A DNA stretch of 64,000 nucleotides from the human T2T-CHM13v2.0 reference genome, Homo sapiens: NCBI RefSeq assembly GCF_009914755.1, contig NC_060935.1; one strand, 5' to 3'. Position numbers and translations under genes: made by a program. Below are positions 20,111 through 34,307 of this stretch, piece after piece. Under the pieces are notes generated by a model that did not search any database, was not told the DNA's origin, and saw nothing but the letters and a program-made list of their open reading frames with translations. Positions within the stretch are counted from its first letter, which is position 1, and the number at the start of each line of letters is the position of its first letter.

Positions 20111-21330
20111 TTAATACCAATGAAGATTAGCAGAGAGAAGTGAGGAAGGTGACCATCTCTCCATTCTGATAAGATGCCATCTCTACACATTACATTCTTT
20201 TCAAGAAGTAGAACTTAAGATTTAGGTAAAGAAAACTGGAAAAACCAGCCTGAATGTGAATATCTAGTGTTAAAGCAACTTCCTAGAATGAGTGAATAAA
20301 GTTAAGAACATATATAGTTTTCTACTGGAAAGTAAGAGTTTTTGAAGGCTTTCTTTTCTGCAAGGTTTGTAGTGTGACTGTTTTCCTACAAACTCATTGA
20401 ATTCAGAGCTAAACAGTGGAATTACAAGCATAGCTCAAGAGGAACCCAGTCTGTTTCTGTTGTAGCAACCTAAGATTTCTGTTATGTTGTTGAATCTGTG
20501 GTTGCTTCCTCAATGACCATTTCAAATGACTCTGTCCTCTCATCTGCTCAAAGCAGGAAGTCAAATCAGGTTTTCCTTTTTCATCAGAAGCATCACCACA
20601 CTTTCTGTTTGCGTTGATGAGATGGTACAGCATAGTGACATATCCACAGAAATCCTGCAAATCCACTTTGCTCCTTAATATTTTCAATGCTTTATGGGCA
20701 CCCATACGACACAAGCAAACCCTCCTTGTGGTTTTATTTTATCAAATGGAAAAGATTTCTCTCATCCCATCATTCAACATTGTAAGCACATGTGAAGCAT
20801 GAATTACTTCAAGGATCATAACTCCAAGACATAATAATAATATAGCAAGAATAACAATGGTGAAATATATCTTGACAGTTTTTGAGATCTTGTACCTTTG
20901 GAAAGTAAAAGAAACGGGGATATGACTTCTGGGGATGACTTCTGGATAACTGGTCTAATATGCTGAGGAGCTCTACTCTGATGGATTTGGATTCATTGGT
21001 GAGAGGAGCCATGAAACAAGCAATATACAATTCTTGTTTAGAACTCTGCTGCAAGTCACAGGTTCCAAATCAAGAAGGCTTTCACAGTGTAAGATACTGA
21101 GAAGAAAACCACAGTTGGGTTGTTTTGGTTGTGTGACCACATCACTGAGACACAGACACAGTGTTGTGCTTTTCAGAGTAAGTGCCTGATCAAAATTTCT
21201 CTCTATTCTGTACTTCTTTTTCACCAGTGTTTTGAACGTTTTGTAGGTCTTTAAAAAAGTTGTCCAGACGCTCATATGAAAATTTGCAAACTTTTGGTGA
21301 AAGATTTCCCATCATTAAACCAGCAAGAGT
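20111..21330 (-). pseudogene. Old, 5'-truncated processed pseudogene of FAM91A1 (C-terminal half of the CDS)
   Basis: Degenerate intronless matches: [113 protein letters not shown]; many stops and frameshifts. Confidence 0.85.
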
Positions 21331-22530
21331 AGCCAGGCATGGTGGCTAGCACCTGTAATCCCAATGACTTGGGCAGCTGAGGTGGGAGGATCACTTGAGT
21401 CCAGAAATTCAAGACCAGCCTAGGCAACAAAGCGAGCCCCTGTCTCTATAAAAAATTTTAAAATTAGCTGGGCCTGGTGGCAGGTGCCTGTAGTCCCAGC
21501 TACTTGAGAGGCTGAGGCAGGAAAATTGCTTGGGCCCAGGAGTCTGGAGGCTGCAGTGAACCGTGATCACGCCACTGCACTCCAGCCTGGGTAACAGTGA
21601 TACCCTGTCTTAAAAAAAAAATCTGTTTACAGACTGAAGCAACCCTCCCGCCTTAGCCTCCTAAAGTGCTGGGATTACAGGCATGAGCCACCACTCCCAG
21701 CCTAAAGTAAACTTTTATTGAAGTAAAACACATATAAAACAGTGCACAAATCCTAAGTATACAGCATGAATAACTTTTATAAAGCAAACATCCCTGTATA
21801 ATGAGCACACATGAGGAAACATTACTAACACCCAGAAGTGATCCTTTGTGTCTACCATCAGTCACTATTCACCCAAAGAATAACCAGTATCCTGATTTTT
21901 AACACCAAATATTTGTTTTACCTGTTCTTAAACATTATATAAATGGAATGATACTATATGTACTATTTTGTATCTTTCACTCAACGCTATGTGAGATTCA
22001 TCCAAGTTACATAAAATTGTAGTTCTTTAATTTTCATTCAAAAATAGGCAGAGGCCTTAAATAGACATTTCTCCAAAGAAGATATGCAGATGGCCAATAA
22101 CCACACGAAAAGAGCCATAGCATCACTAATCATTAATCAAAATCACAATGAGAGACCACCTTACACCCATTAGGATGGCTACTATCAAAAACCAGAAAAT
22201 AAGTGTTGAAGAGGATGTGGAGAAACAAACCCTTATACACTGCAGCTGGGAATGAGAATGGTCCAGCTGCTATGGAAAACAGTATGATGGTCCCTCAAAA
22301 AATTAAATATAGAATTACCCATACCAAGTGATTCCATGATTCCACTTTGCACTTTGGGTATATACCTAAAAAAATGGAAAGGAGGTTTCTTTTTTTTTTT
22401 TTTTTTTTTGAGACAGAGTCACGCTCTGTCGCCCAGCTGGAGTGCAGTGGTGCGATCTCAGCTCACTGTGAGCTCCACCTCCTGGGTTCAAGCAATCAAG
22501 CGATTTTCCTGCCTCAGTCTCCCCAGTAGA
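21330..22530. mobile_element. Alu (21330-21620,+), L1 fragments (~21700-22380) and partial Alus
   Basis: L1 ORF2-end motifs (AGACATTTCTCCAAAGAAGATAT…, GAGGATGTGGAGAAA) and Alu motifs. Confidence 0.8.
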
Positions 22531-23414
22531 TCTTTAAGTCTGCAACCCAGACATACTGACAGCTGACAATCCCTTGGATGTACCTTGAATGTTTTTATCT
22601 TGTTTCTGGGCCTTTGCACGAACCATTCCCTTTGCCTAGGATGACTTTCACTTCACTTTCTTTACCTGCATAACACCTACTTGACCTTTAGGTGTCTTCC
22701 TCCAAGAAGCTTCCTGGCCCCCCAACCACGTCAGATGTCCCTTATCTGTGTACCTGCTCTTGGGTGCTTTGTATACATCTCTATTTGTAGCTTTGATCAC
22801 CCAGTATGGTGACTGATGGTTTGCAGTTTGTCTTTCCTGCCCCACCATCCTCCACCCCAGTGAGCTCCTTGAGGACAGGACTGGTCTTGTTCACCCCAGC
22901 ACCTAACATAACATATGGCTTACAATGTATGTACAATGAATATTTTCATTCATGTAGCACACTGTGCTTTTCAAAGTGCCCTGAAACAAACTCATCTACA
23001 GAGCTATAATAATATTTCCTTACTTAACATTCATTCCTTCTGAATAAAATATTCTTTTAAAAAATATTACCATTACTTAGAACATTTATGTGAATTATCC
23101 ATTATGTCACAAATGGGACTGAGTCAGGACTCTAACTATCTTATTTCTGCCTGACGTAGTAGAAGAGTTTGAGAAAAAGCAGATTTCTTTTGAATCACTT
23201 GACTGGAGGTGGTGTCTCTAGGAGTGTGGTGGGGAAATGGATGCACAGAACTTAGAAACTGGCCTCAGCTGGTAATCTGACCTTCTCATGAATTCACATC
23301 CCTGGTTTCCTGGAAGCATAAATTGAGGCCAGCGTTGAAAAGGTGTTCACACCGTAGCCTGGGAGAAACTGTCTCTCAGTCCTTGGAATCACAGAACTAA
23401 AGAGCTTCAGGTCA

Positions 23415-23750
<336 letters not shown>

Positions 23751-24110
23751 GTGGAGAAAGAGATCTAGTATTTTGGCCTAGAAACCTCACAAGACTCACC
23801 AATCTCGTTTTTCTTTCTCCAAAAGGCTAGACTTGGCAGTTAGTAGGCTCCTGATCCCAGTCAAAATATCTCTTAGAATATTTTATCCTCCCTTTCTCAG
23901 AATCATCACCTGAATAGCATCCTCTGGGTAGGTGGTGTGTTAATATTGCCATATGGAAATTCATGGAAGATATAGTTCCTGGCCCTAGAAACTTACAAAC
24001 TGAGACCAGGAGTTTGAGAGTGATTTGCACATGTCAGTCAAGTCAAAAGAAAGAGAAACTCTTTTTTCTTTTTTCGTTTTTGTTTTTTGAGATGGGGTCT
24101 CACTCTGTCA

Positions 24111-24696
<586 letters not shown>

Positions 24697-25642
24697 TGAT
24701 CCGCCCGCCTCGGCCTCCCAAAGGCGTGAGCCACTGCACCAACCGGAAACTTTTCAAAATATGGGTTTTATTTGAAAACCAAGCCAGACATTAAATCAAA
24801 ATAATTTTTTTTTGCTTTTGTATGAACTCTCCAGTTTGTATACATAGATGATCTCAAGTTATAATTTAAATTTAGGAAAGTGCTGAGGATGAATAGATAT
24901 TTGCTTTTTCCCAGGGTCTGGAGGGGTAGGAGCAGGGAAGCAGGGAAATGACATTACCGAGTGCCTCCTGTATGCCAACGATTTTTTGTTTGTTTTGTTT
25001 CAGAGAAGGAGTTATGCTCTGTTGCCAAGGCTGGAGTGCAGTCATTATTCACAGGTGCAGTCATGGCTCACTGCAGCCCTGAACTCCTGGGCTCAAGCAG
25101 TCCTCTCGCTTAAGCCTCCCAGGTAGCAGGTGCACACCACATGTCTGCTTTCCAAGGAGTTTTAGGTCAACCCTCACAACAAGCCTGTGAAGCAGCGATT
25201 GTTATTCCCACTTCTCTGGTAGCACACCAAGGTGCAAGGATTCCCTGTGGCTAGGTGGTTAGTAAGGTAGAATGGGGTGAGGTTTGAACCCAGTCCTGAC
25301 AATCATCAGAGCTACGCAAGGCTGCCAAGAAGTAGAAAAAGATAGTGGCATTTTGGGTCCCCATTATCAATTCGAAAAATGTACAGTCTTAAGCTTGGAA
25401 GTCGGTCGTCTGGTTCAACCCTGCCTTTTGCAGAAGCAGGAGCTGGAACCCTAAAAAAATAAAGCTACTTGCCTGCAATTAAACAGGGTGAGAGGGGGCA
25501 GATGAAGTGTAGGCATGTGGGGCTGGATCTGGCCCTGCCCTGACACATAGAAAGCCTGAAATAGAAGTGAGAAAGGAAAATTCCAAGAAAGAAAAGGCAG
25601 AGAAGTGGCTGTTCTTACTCCCACACCTAAGGTGTGAATTCT

Positions 25643-25648
25643 TTTATT
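25643..25648 (-). terminator. UCP3L polyadenylation signal AATAAA (3' UTR ~25620-26741)
   Basis: tttatt on + strand about 1.1 kb past the UCP3 stop. Confidence 0.7.
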
Positions 25649-26741
25649 GAGTCATAATAATTTCCCGAGAATTCCGAGTCCTGCTACTTTAGGTTCTTGC
25701 CCAGGAATCCACCTCTTTTCCCCCAAGCCCAACAATCCTTTGAGGTACTCATGATTGAGCGCGTGGTGGGGGGGGGTGGGGAAGAGGCTGCATGGGGGTG
25801 GGGCTCCTGTGGCTTCACGTCATCCACTGTCACCTCTGGTCCCCAAGTCTCTGGATCCTTTGGTCTCACCTCTAGACAACCGTATCTTTCAAACCTTCTT
25901 CCCTGGCAACTCCTCTCTGTCCCGACAAAATCTCTCCCAAGGCATTGTCCTTGTAGTTAGATTTACACAGAGCTTTTGCTTTTATAAAGTGCGTTCATGC
26001 CCAGCTTCTCACTTGCATGTCATAGCACCCCTGGTGAGGTGGACAGGGAAGGGATGGCTCCCTCCATTTTGTAGGAAAGTGGGGGCTGCCCTCTTGATTC
26101 TTCAGTGTCGTCAGGGAATATTTACGAGCCCCAGCCTCACATGGGCCCAGCAGGGCTTCTTTAGCACAGGCTCTAGTTTTTTCTCTTGTTCCTTGGGTTT
26201 CCTAGAATCCCAAAGGACTCTCTGTGGCAGACATATTACAAATAGGCTGATGATGCATGTGTGATGGTGCAGCTGCAGTCGCCAGCTCTGTGTTGCTGGG
26301 TGGCATCCCTCCAGGCTCCGTGGCTGATCTCCCACTCCATTGTGGGCCCCTCCTGTCCCGTGCTTGCCATCCTTCCTGCTTATCATTCATTATCTAACCA
26401 GATTTCACGGGGATACACGTCTCCAACCTTCCATTTTGTCCAAATGGATCTATCTTGGTTTATTTTCTCTTGCCTAAATATTAGGCATGCCTAATGGGTT
26501 TCAAAAATTAATATAATTTATTTTCCATCTTGTCAGTGCAAAACAAAGGTGTTCTTGAGGCATGGCAGTGAAGACCAGAATCCCTCCTCCTCTTCTACTT
26601 CTGTTTCTTGAATCAGCAACAAGTAAACAACAGTTCTGTAAACATGTGTGGGTCTGTGTCCATGTGTGCGTGGATGCACCGTTTTCTTCCATTCTTAACT
26701 GGTTTCGGACACGTTAGCTACCAGTGGCCTTCTTGTCTTGT

Positions 26742-26856
26742 TCAAAACGGTGATTCCCGTAACATCTGGACTTTCATCAGGGCCCGTTTCAGCTGCTCAT
26801 AGGTTACGAACATCACCACGTTCCAGGATCCCAAACGCAAAAAGGAGGGTGTAAAT
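26742..26856 (-). CDS. UCP3: UCP3 exon 7, coding part (UCP3L C-terminus …VQMLRESPF*)
   Basis: AG at 26857-26858; TGA at 26742-26744; coding exons sum to 126+211+204+102+181+115=939 nt (312 aa + stop). Confidence 0.98.
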
Positions 26857-29156
26857 CTGATAAGAAAAACAACCAACACATCAGGTGGAGTGCTAGGGGA
26901 CCACAACAGATGCGTGTGCTCTCCCGGGACACAGTGGTAGTGCCAGAGGATCCAGACTTCTGTTCATCACAAGCATTTTCTGAATCCTTTCAGTCTCTCT
27001 CTCTCTTTTTTTTTTCTGCTAAGGGGATTTAGGCAGAAGTCGGAGTAAGGAAAAGAAAAAAAAACTCACGTTTTGAGACGGGTTACTGTGTTAGGCAGCG
27101 AATTCTCACAGTTCTATAAGGCAGCCATGTTGCTGCCAGGCTCTTTTTCACAAACTGAGGCCCAGGGAGGTTAAGAGCTCAACCAAAGACCCGCGGCTAG
27201 TAAGTGTCAGAGGTGCGGTTCTAACTCCACCCTGCTGCTGGGTGTTTCTGGGCTCAGTTACACCCCGGGTGGCCAGCCCTAACATGGCCCCCTGCCAGGA
27301 CATGGAGAAGCTTGGGCTTTGCAGGGTGAATACAGTGTGGCACCAGATTTAGCTCTTCTCCAGAGAGGCTGGCTGTGCTGTGATGGCATAGCACAGTGTC
27401 CCCACCTCAGCTGTGGCTCACCAACTCAGGGAGAAGCCCACGAGCTGGCCCCTGCCCCTCTCTCAGCCTGTCCCTCCACTAACCACCTCCTGGGCCCGTT
27501 TGCTCCCACCAGACTCAGCTAGTCACATTCCCTGACGATGCCAGGCCCTCTTCCCTCCATGCCTTTGCTCCTCTTGCTCCCTCTGCCTGGACTGTCCCCT
27601 CCTCTCCTCCTTCCCTGGCTGGTTGCTCTTTGCTCTGGAGGACTCAGTTTGGGCACTGTGACCTCATGCCATGGGTTTTCTTGACTCTTGTGGGGACGAT
27701 AGTACTGTGACAACAAATGTAAACTCTGGAGTCAGACCTGGGTTCAAATCCAAGCTCTCCCAGTTTCTAGCTTTACAATCTGGACACATCACTTAATCTT
27801 TCTAAGCCTCAGTTTCCTTATCTGTAAAATGAGGAAAATAACAGTATCTGCCTTGTGGAGTTAGTCGTGCAGATTAGGTGAGTTAATGTTGGACAGCACT
27901 CAGCACAGGGCCCAGCATCAATACATGCTCAGTAAATACCACCAACTTATCTGCTGCTCTTTGAGGGAGGCATAACCCAGGGCCTGGCACCTACAAGATG
28001 CTCCAGAAATGTTGGACAAGTGAAAGCAGTAACTGAGACAAGTGGCTACAGCTGAAGACTGTAATGATAGAGGCACTTTTTGGAAGAACAGTCTGTCAAT
28101 TGCAGTATAGTTTTATTACGTCATTCCCAGGCTTGAGAACCTATAGCAGCTCTTGTTCACTTGTTGGGTCCATTCTAACACTGGGCACCAAAAAACTCTC
28201 TGTTGAAGACATCAGCAGTGGGAGGTGAAAGGGCCAAGCTAAGAGCTTACCAGTAGGATAAACAACATTGTTGGGTGTGGTGTCTGACGGTCAGGGTTTG
28301 AGCCATGGCTCCACCATTTTAACCTGTGATCTTGGATAAGTTACTTAACTTTTCTGACACTCAGTCTTTTCCTTAGTTAATGTGGACAATACTACCCAGT
28401 TCAAGGGGCTGTTGGGATAACGTGTGTAAAGTGCTCAGCACGAGGCCTAATATAGAGTGACTTAGCTATTGTGATAATCATAAACAACCTGCATTATCGA
28501 GTGCTCACTTTGTGTGAGGGACTGTGGGAGATAAAAGATGTCTGAGCCACTTTTGCTGTCAGGAACTTGCTCTTTGCATGAGGAATAATTTAAGCTTACA
28601 AATACTATAATACAAGGCAGGAGGTGATAAATACCATAAAAATGGTATCAAATGGCATTGCAGAAGTTCCCAGGGAGGAGGAAAAATTTACACCTGAGAG
28701 TGTTAGGGAGGAGGTGGCATTTGAACTCGTCTTGAAGGATGGCTAAAATTGACAGCCTGTAGATGATGAGGCATTCCACGCAGAGGGAGCAGTAAGTGCA
28801 AGAAAACGTGGAGCGTGTGGAGACAGTGAGGAAGGCACTGGCCATGGTCAGTGTGGTGCTCAATGGCCATGGCAGGAGGTCCAGGAGGTCTCAGGATTGC
28901 TAACTTCCTCTGGAGACAGGCAGTACTTTTACCTATTCCTGGAGTGTTTGTTCTCAGTCAGGCTTCCCTAACCCTCCCCATCAGGTATGGTTCACTTTTT
29001 TTCTTTTACTTGCATGGTTTTTTAAACTTCTTCTTTGTGGCATTTACATCTGTACTCTTCACCGCTACATCCCAGGTTGACCCACGGTAGCCACATTCGA
29101 AAAGAAAGAAGCCCCTGTTCTCTGGGAGGGAGTGCTGGAGGCAGGAGGAGGCTCAC

Positions 29157-29337
29157 CCCTTGTAGAAGGCTGTGGGGCCCTCCTGGGCCACCATCTTTAT
29201 CATACAGTCGAGGGGGCTGAAGTACTGGCCTGGAGGTGAGTTCATATACCGGGTCTTCACCACGTCCACCGGGGAGGCCACCACTGTGGCACAGAAGCCG
29301 GCTCCAAAGGCAGAGACAAAGTGGCAGGGGAAGTTGT
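29157..29337 (-). CDS. UCP3: UCP3 exon 6; read-through of the donor gives GGG TGA (29153-29155) = UCP3S, 275 aa
   Basis: [33 protein letters not shown]…FYKG; 181 nt; donor GT intact. Confidence 0.98.
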
Positions 29338-29813
29338 CTGCAGAGGAAGGACAAGCAAATATCAAGGAGTGCATTTGTGTTCTGTCCATATGTATGCACT
29401 GTTTGTCCCCAACTCAACCGTGAACTCCCTGAGCATAGGACAGTATTTTCCATATCTCTCACAGTGCCCTGGGCTAAGCTCTTGGTAAGTACTGGCAAAC
29501 TAGGCCTGGGCTGACCCAGAGGTGGGAGGTCATGCAGGCTGTTTGAGGAAACTGAAGTCGGAGAAGGTGAGAGACCCCTGCTTAAAGCTATATAGTGAGA
29601 GGTGGTGCTGGGACTGGAACCCAAGTCTCCAGCCTCCCAGCCCAGGGGTCTTTCCTGCTTGTCACCACAATGTACCTGGCACTTTTTACTAGGCACTGCT
29701 TCTCTCTCTGCTCCTTCTAAAACCCAGTTGCCTCTGGGTGGTGCCCACTCCACGGAGTTCTGGGTTCCCTCCCTGCTGAGGGAGAGCTGCCTGCCTGGAG
29801 CCCAGGGCCTCAC

Positions 29814-29915
29814 CAGTGAGCAGGTGGTAGTCCAGCAGCTTCTCCTTGAGGATGTCGTAGGTCACCACCTCAGCACAGTTGACGATAGCATTCCTCATGA
29901 TGTTGGGCAAAGTTC
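29814..29915 (-). CDS. UCP3: UCP3 exon 5
   Basis: [34 protein letters not shown]; 102 nt. Confidence 0.98.
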
Positions 29916-31059
29916 CTGTTAGGAAGGCGGTGGGGAGGGATGTGAAATGGGTGGGGAGGGAGGAATGGGAAATGGGAGAAATGGATGCCCTGGCTGCAAG
30001 GCCACAGGCCCCAGTTTTGGGGCCATAGTGCCCCATTCCAATGGTCTCAGCCAGAGGATCCCACCCCAGCTGAGCAGATTCCACATTTTCCTTTCTAGGG
30101 TTAACAACTCTCAGATTATCCATGTTTTCCTCAGAGACAGAGAACAGAGAGGCCCACTTGTGTTCATTTGGCCACATTTGGAGGGTGATCTGCAATAGCT
30201 GTCAAAATTAAAATATGCTTCCTGGAGACCCAGCTGCAGCCAGAAAAGAAAGTCATTCAGCGAGAGGCTGAGCTCTTGGAACAGTGACAGAATGTGGTGC
30301 CAGCAGGGCCCTAGGAAACTGTCAGGATCAAACCCCTGGTTTCACAGGTAAGGGGACAAGCTCTGAAGGGTGCCCAACAAGTGAGTGAAGAGCCCCAACT
30401 TAAGAGGTGTCCTGCCCTTAAACTTCACTGGGTCAGTTTCTTCTGCAAACGTTCCTGCAACCTCTGGTTCACATGCGGAGAGAGTCCTGCATTCATCGCA
30501 GTGGCTGCCATGTGGACACATAGGGAGCCCTCCAGCTTTGCTCCCAAGGAAGCGCTTCCTCGTTGCATCTCCCTGCGCCCACTCCTCACAGCTGTGCTTT
30601 TCTGATGCTCCTCTTTTTCCTCCGGACCCTGCTTGAGGGCCCCTCCCCTTCCGTCTCCACACACCTAGAGCCTGTTCAGTCTTCCAGGCCCAGCTTAGGT
30701 GTCACCTTCTCTGCAGAGCCCGCCTCTGGAGCTCCACCTCTGGGGCAACCCCTGCCACATCCTGCCTGTGGTGTAGCTGCATCTTATCTCCTCTGCTGTC
30801 CTCATGCTCTGGGCGTGTGAAGGTGTCTTAAGTTCATTTCTGGCTCCCTCACATCAACCTGCACATGGCAAAGGGCTGGTAAAATGAACTGAGTTTGAGG
30901 GGCTGTGGCAGGTCAGTGAAGTATCTTTGGTTGTGATGTTCTTTCAGAATCACTGGAACACGCCATGCTGGGAGTCCCCTCCTTACTGGGGTCCCTGCCC
31001 CAGCCTGAGGGGAGGGAAAGCTCTGCCTAAGACCGCCTGCGTCCAGAGTCCAGACCTAC

Positions 31060-31263
31060 CTTTCCACAGGCCCCTGACTCCTTCCTCCCTGGCGATGGTT
31101 CTGTAGGCGTCCATAGTCCCGCTGTATTTTCTGTCGCTCCTGGATGGCCCGAGGTGTATGCTGGCCTGAAATCGGACCTTCACCACATCTGTGGGCTGGG
31201 CACAGGTCACCGCCATGGCTCCTGTGGTGCAGCCGGCCAAAATCCGGGTAGTGAGGCTGGAGT
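31060..31263 (-). CDS. UCP3: UCP3 exon 4
   Basis: …[59 protein letters not shown]; 204 nt. Confidence 0.98.
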
Positions 31264-31498
31264 CTGGGAGGGGCAGAGAGAGTGGGCCAGTGTCCCCTAC
31301 TAAGCAGCATTCTGGGACATGCTGTTCTCTGCGGGGCTGCCCCTGCAGCTTCCTTGATGTCCACTCAGAGCCTCCTCATAAGCGTCCGGTACCAGCTTCC
31401 CCCCGCCCCTGGCTCTGCCTCTGAGTCTAGACTTCCCTGGTCTCTTGACCCACACACTTTCAGCCACCCCTTTGGTGTTCAGGGACCTGGTCACTCAC

Positions 31499-31709
31499 TG
31501 TCCGCGCCTTTGGGGGTGTACACCTGCTTGACGGAGTCATAGAGGCCGATGCGGATGGAGGCGAAGCTCATCTGGCGCTGCAGGCCGGCCACCAGCCCAT
31601 TGTAGGGGCTGCAGGGACCCTCAGTCCGCACCATGGTCAGGATGGTGCCCAGCACGCCACGGTACTGCACGAGCCGGGCCGTCTGGACCGCCTGGTTCTC
31701 CCCCTGGAT
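31499..31709 (-). CDS. UCP3: UCP3 exon 3
   Basis: [18 protein letters not shown]…[11 protein letters not shown]; 211 nt. Confidence 0.98.
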
Positions 31710-32246
31710 CTGAGGGACAATAGCAGGGGGTGAGGACTCAGATGGGAAGGCAAGAAGGGGCTGCGTGCACAGGAACCCTGCTGGGGCTGGGCCTGCCTGG
31801 GCTGGGCCTGAGAACAACCATGCTGGTCACAGTAGAAATCACTGGTGTCTGCGCAGCATTTTACCATTCACAAAGCAGTATTATACACATGGCTTGGTGT
31901 TTGATCCTCAGAGTAAATCAGAGGGACAGATTGTTTTTCCCATTTTATAAGTGCTTCGTGGCTTGCCCAAGGTCACACAGTTAATTCCTTACTTTTACCT
32001 CACACTGCATGCTTTACAAAGTAGGGCCTAGCCCATAAAGGGCCCTGTCACATCATGCAAAGAATTTAGATTTTTTTGTCCTGGTGGATGGTGATGGGAG
32101 GAGGCAAGGAAGGGTCCTAAGCAGTGGAGTGAGAGTCTTTGTCAGGGTTCTGAGGAAGGGCATGTGGGCACACGTCATGGGGGATATGGGAGAGAACTAG
32201 CCCCTCCTTCCATGTGATCAATGACCCTTGGCCAAAGGGCACCTAC

Positions 32247-32372
32247 CTGCAGGCGGACCTTGGCTGTGTCCAGTGGAAAGGTAACGAGGTCAGCAAAACA
32301 GGCTGCTGTGCCTGCCCCCAGGAACTTCACAGCCATGGTGGGAGGCACGTCTGAAGGCTTCAGTCCAACCAT
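32247..32372 (-). CDS. UCP3: UCP3 exon 2, coding part (whole exon ~32247-32467)
   Basis: [42 protein letters not shown]; 126 nt; acceptor CTCCTGCAG ending at 32468. Confidence 0.98.
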
Positions 32373-32767
32373 AGTCCTGGAAGGCTCTGCCCAGTCCCTT
32401 TAGGGCCGAGAGGAGGTCCAAGGAGAGAGGCTGCTCCACAGCCCTGGGCTTCAGTGCAGCGGTGGGGCTGCAGGAGACAGGCCAGAGAAGGCTGATGGAG
32501 TGATGTCTGGCCTGGCTCCCAGGAACTCTTCCTTACCCAGGAGGGGCTTTAGAAAGGGAGAAGCCTGGGTGGTGCCATACTTAAGCTGCATGAATTTGGC
32601 CTATAAAAACAGGTCACGTTCCTATCCCTTGAATTTTGCAATCCTCCTCCTGACCCTCTCCCTCCCCTCCTTACCAGGGGTAGGCAGAGCTGATAGTGGT
32701 ACCTGCACTGTATACATGAGGAAACCGAGGCTCAGGCATCTGTTCTCCCCAATATCAAACTGCCTCC

Positions 32768-33000
32768 TTTTTTTTTTTGAGACAGGGTCTCACTCTGTTA
32801 CCTGGGCTGGAGTGCAGTGGTGCAATCCAGGCTCACTGCAGCCTTGACCTCTTGGACTCAAGTGACCCTCCCACCTTCAGCCTCCCGAGTAGCTGGGACT
32901 ACAGGTGTGCATCACCATACCCAGCTAATTTTTTATTTTTTGTAGAGATGGGGGTCTCTCTATGTTGCCTATTCTGGTCTTGAACTCTTGGCCTCAGCGT
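32768..33000 (-). mobile_element. Partial Alu in UCP3 intron 1
   Basis: Antisense Alu motifs. Confidence 0.85.
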
Positions 33001-33589
33001 GATCACTTGACAAGAGGGGCAGTTCTTAGCCACTCATGGAAAATGGAATGGATGGACACAGACTCAGGTCAAAAGCCCACCTTGGGGCTCTAGAACTTTC
33101 AGTAGTCAAGCTGCGGGAGGAGGGAAAGCCACAGTGGTGGGCACAGGTAGGAGGTGCCTTGAGGCCAGCACTCCCCAATCTTCTTCCCAATTCACTCCAG
33201 ACTCTCCTAGACCCCTAGCAGCCGGCAGCCTTTTGCCACTGGCCAGTGGAGGAAGAAGTCAAAAGTGGAACCCTCATTACTGTAGCTCTGCTGGGGCTCC
33301 TGAGGGATGGGATGTTCTAGTCAGCATGGTCCATTAATGTTTGCTGGTTGCTTCTTGCACCAGATACCGTGCTGAGGGCTTTACAGACACTGACTGATTT
33401 GATCCCTTCATAAGGCTACAAGTAGTTGCTATTATTATTCTCATTTCGTAAACCAGGGACCTGAGGCTTCCAGGGCTTTTGCTAGTCATACAGCTGAAGT
33501 GCTGGAGCTGAGATTGGTGCCCACGTTTGTCTGACATCTGAAGCTGCGCCTGTTTCACTGCCCAGAGAGTCTCAGACTTCAGGGAGAGC

Positions 33590-33712
33590 CAAGGATCCCT
33601 TGAGCTGCTTGTTTACAGAGCAGATTCTCAGCTCTCAGCCCCAGAGATCCTGATTTAGGTCTGGGGTGGGGCCTAGGAATCTGCATTAGGAAAACTCCCT
33701 GTGGTAGCTCTG
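33590..33712. mobile_element. MER5-like DNA transposon remnant
   Basis: GCAGATTC…GGTCTGGGGTGGGGCCTAGGAATCTGCATT internal palindromic core. Confidence 0.6.
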
Positions 33713-34307
33713 AAGCAGGGGAAGAGGACCCCATTTTGAGACATCCTACCCAACACCAGTTGCCTCCCCAACTCCAACCCACCCTCCCGGCAAAGCCTTC
33801 ACAGCAGCCCACTGAAGAAGCCGTCTGGGCAGAGACCATGGGCTCTGTAAAGCTCCCAGCAAATGACCTGGACCACGCCTCAGGTCAGAAGTGCCCCTGT
33901 CATCCCTACTCAGGAAGAGGGCCCCAGGGTCCTCATGGAAAGAGAGGGATTTATGCTCTGGAGGAATCGCAGAGATTCTGGGGCAGGCAAAGAAGAAAGC
34001 CACTTCCTGTCTATGGGGATTTGCAAAATCCCACCAGAGGCAGCCAGCAAGGCAAAGGGGGTGTGAGTCTTGAGTGAGTGACACGGGTGTTGGGTTCAAG
34101 CCCCAGCCCTGCCACAGTACCCTCATCAAGGCCACAGCTCCCTTTTCATAAGGTGGCGGCTGGACTGAATCTCTATCAGGTCTGACAAGCTGCAGCTAGT
34201 GAGCCCTGACTGCTCGGGGCTGCTCTCTGAAAGCCTCCAATGAAAGGGAGAACAAGGAGAAGGGAGAGGGAGAGGGGAAGGGATGAGGGAGGAGAAAGGG
34301 GTCTTAC

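Noticed and set aside
29022-29813. 263-aa minus-strand ORF
   Set aside because: Starts at a splice-donor GTG, runs through intron 5 (including MIR-like sequence) and crosses UCP3 exon 6 out of frame
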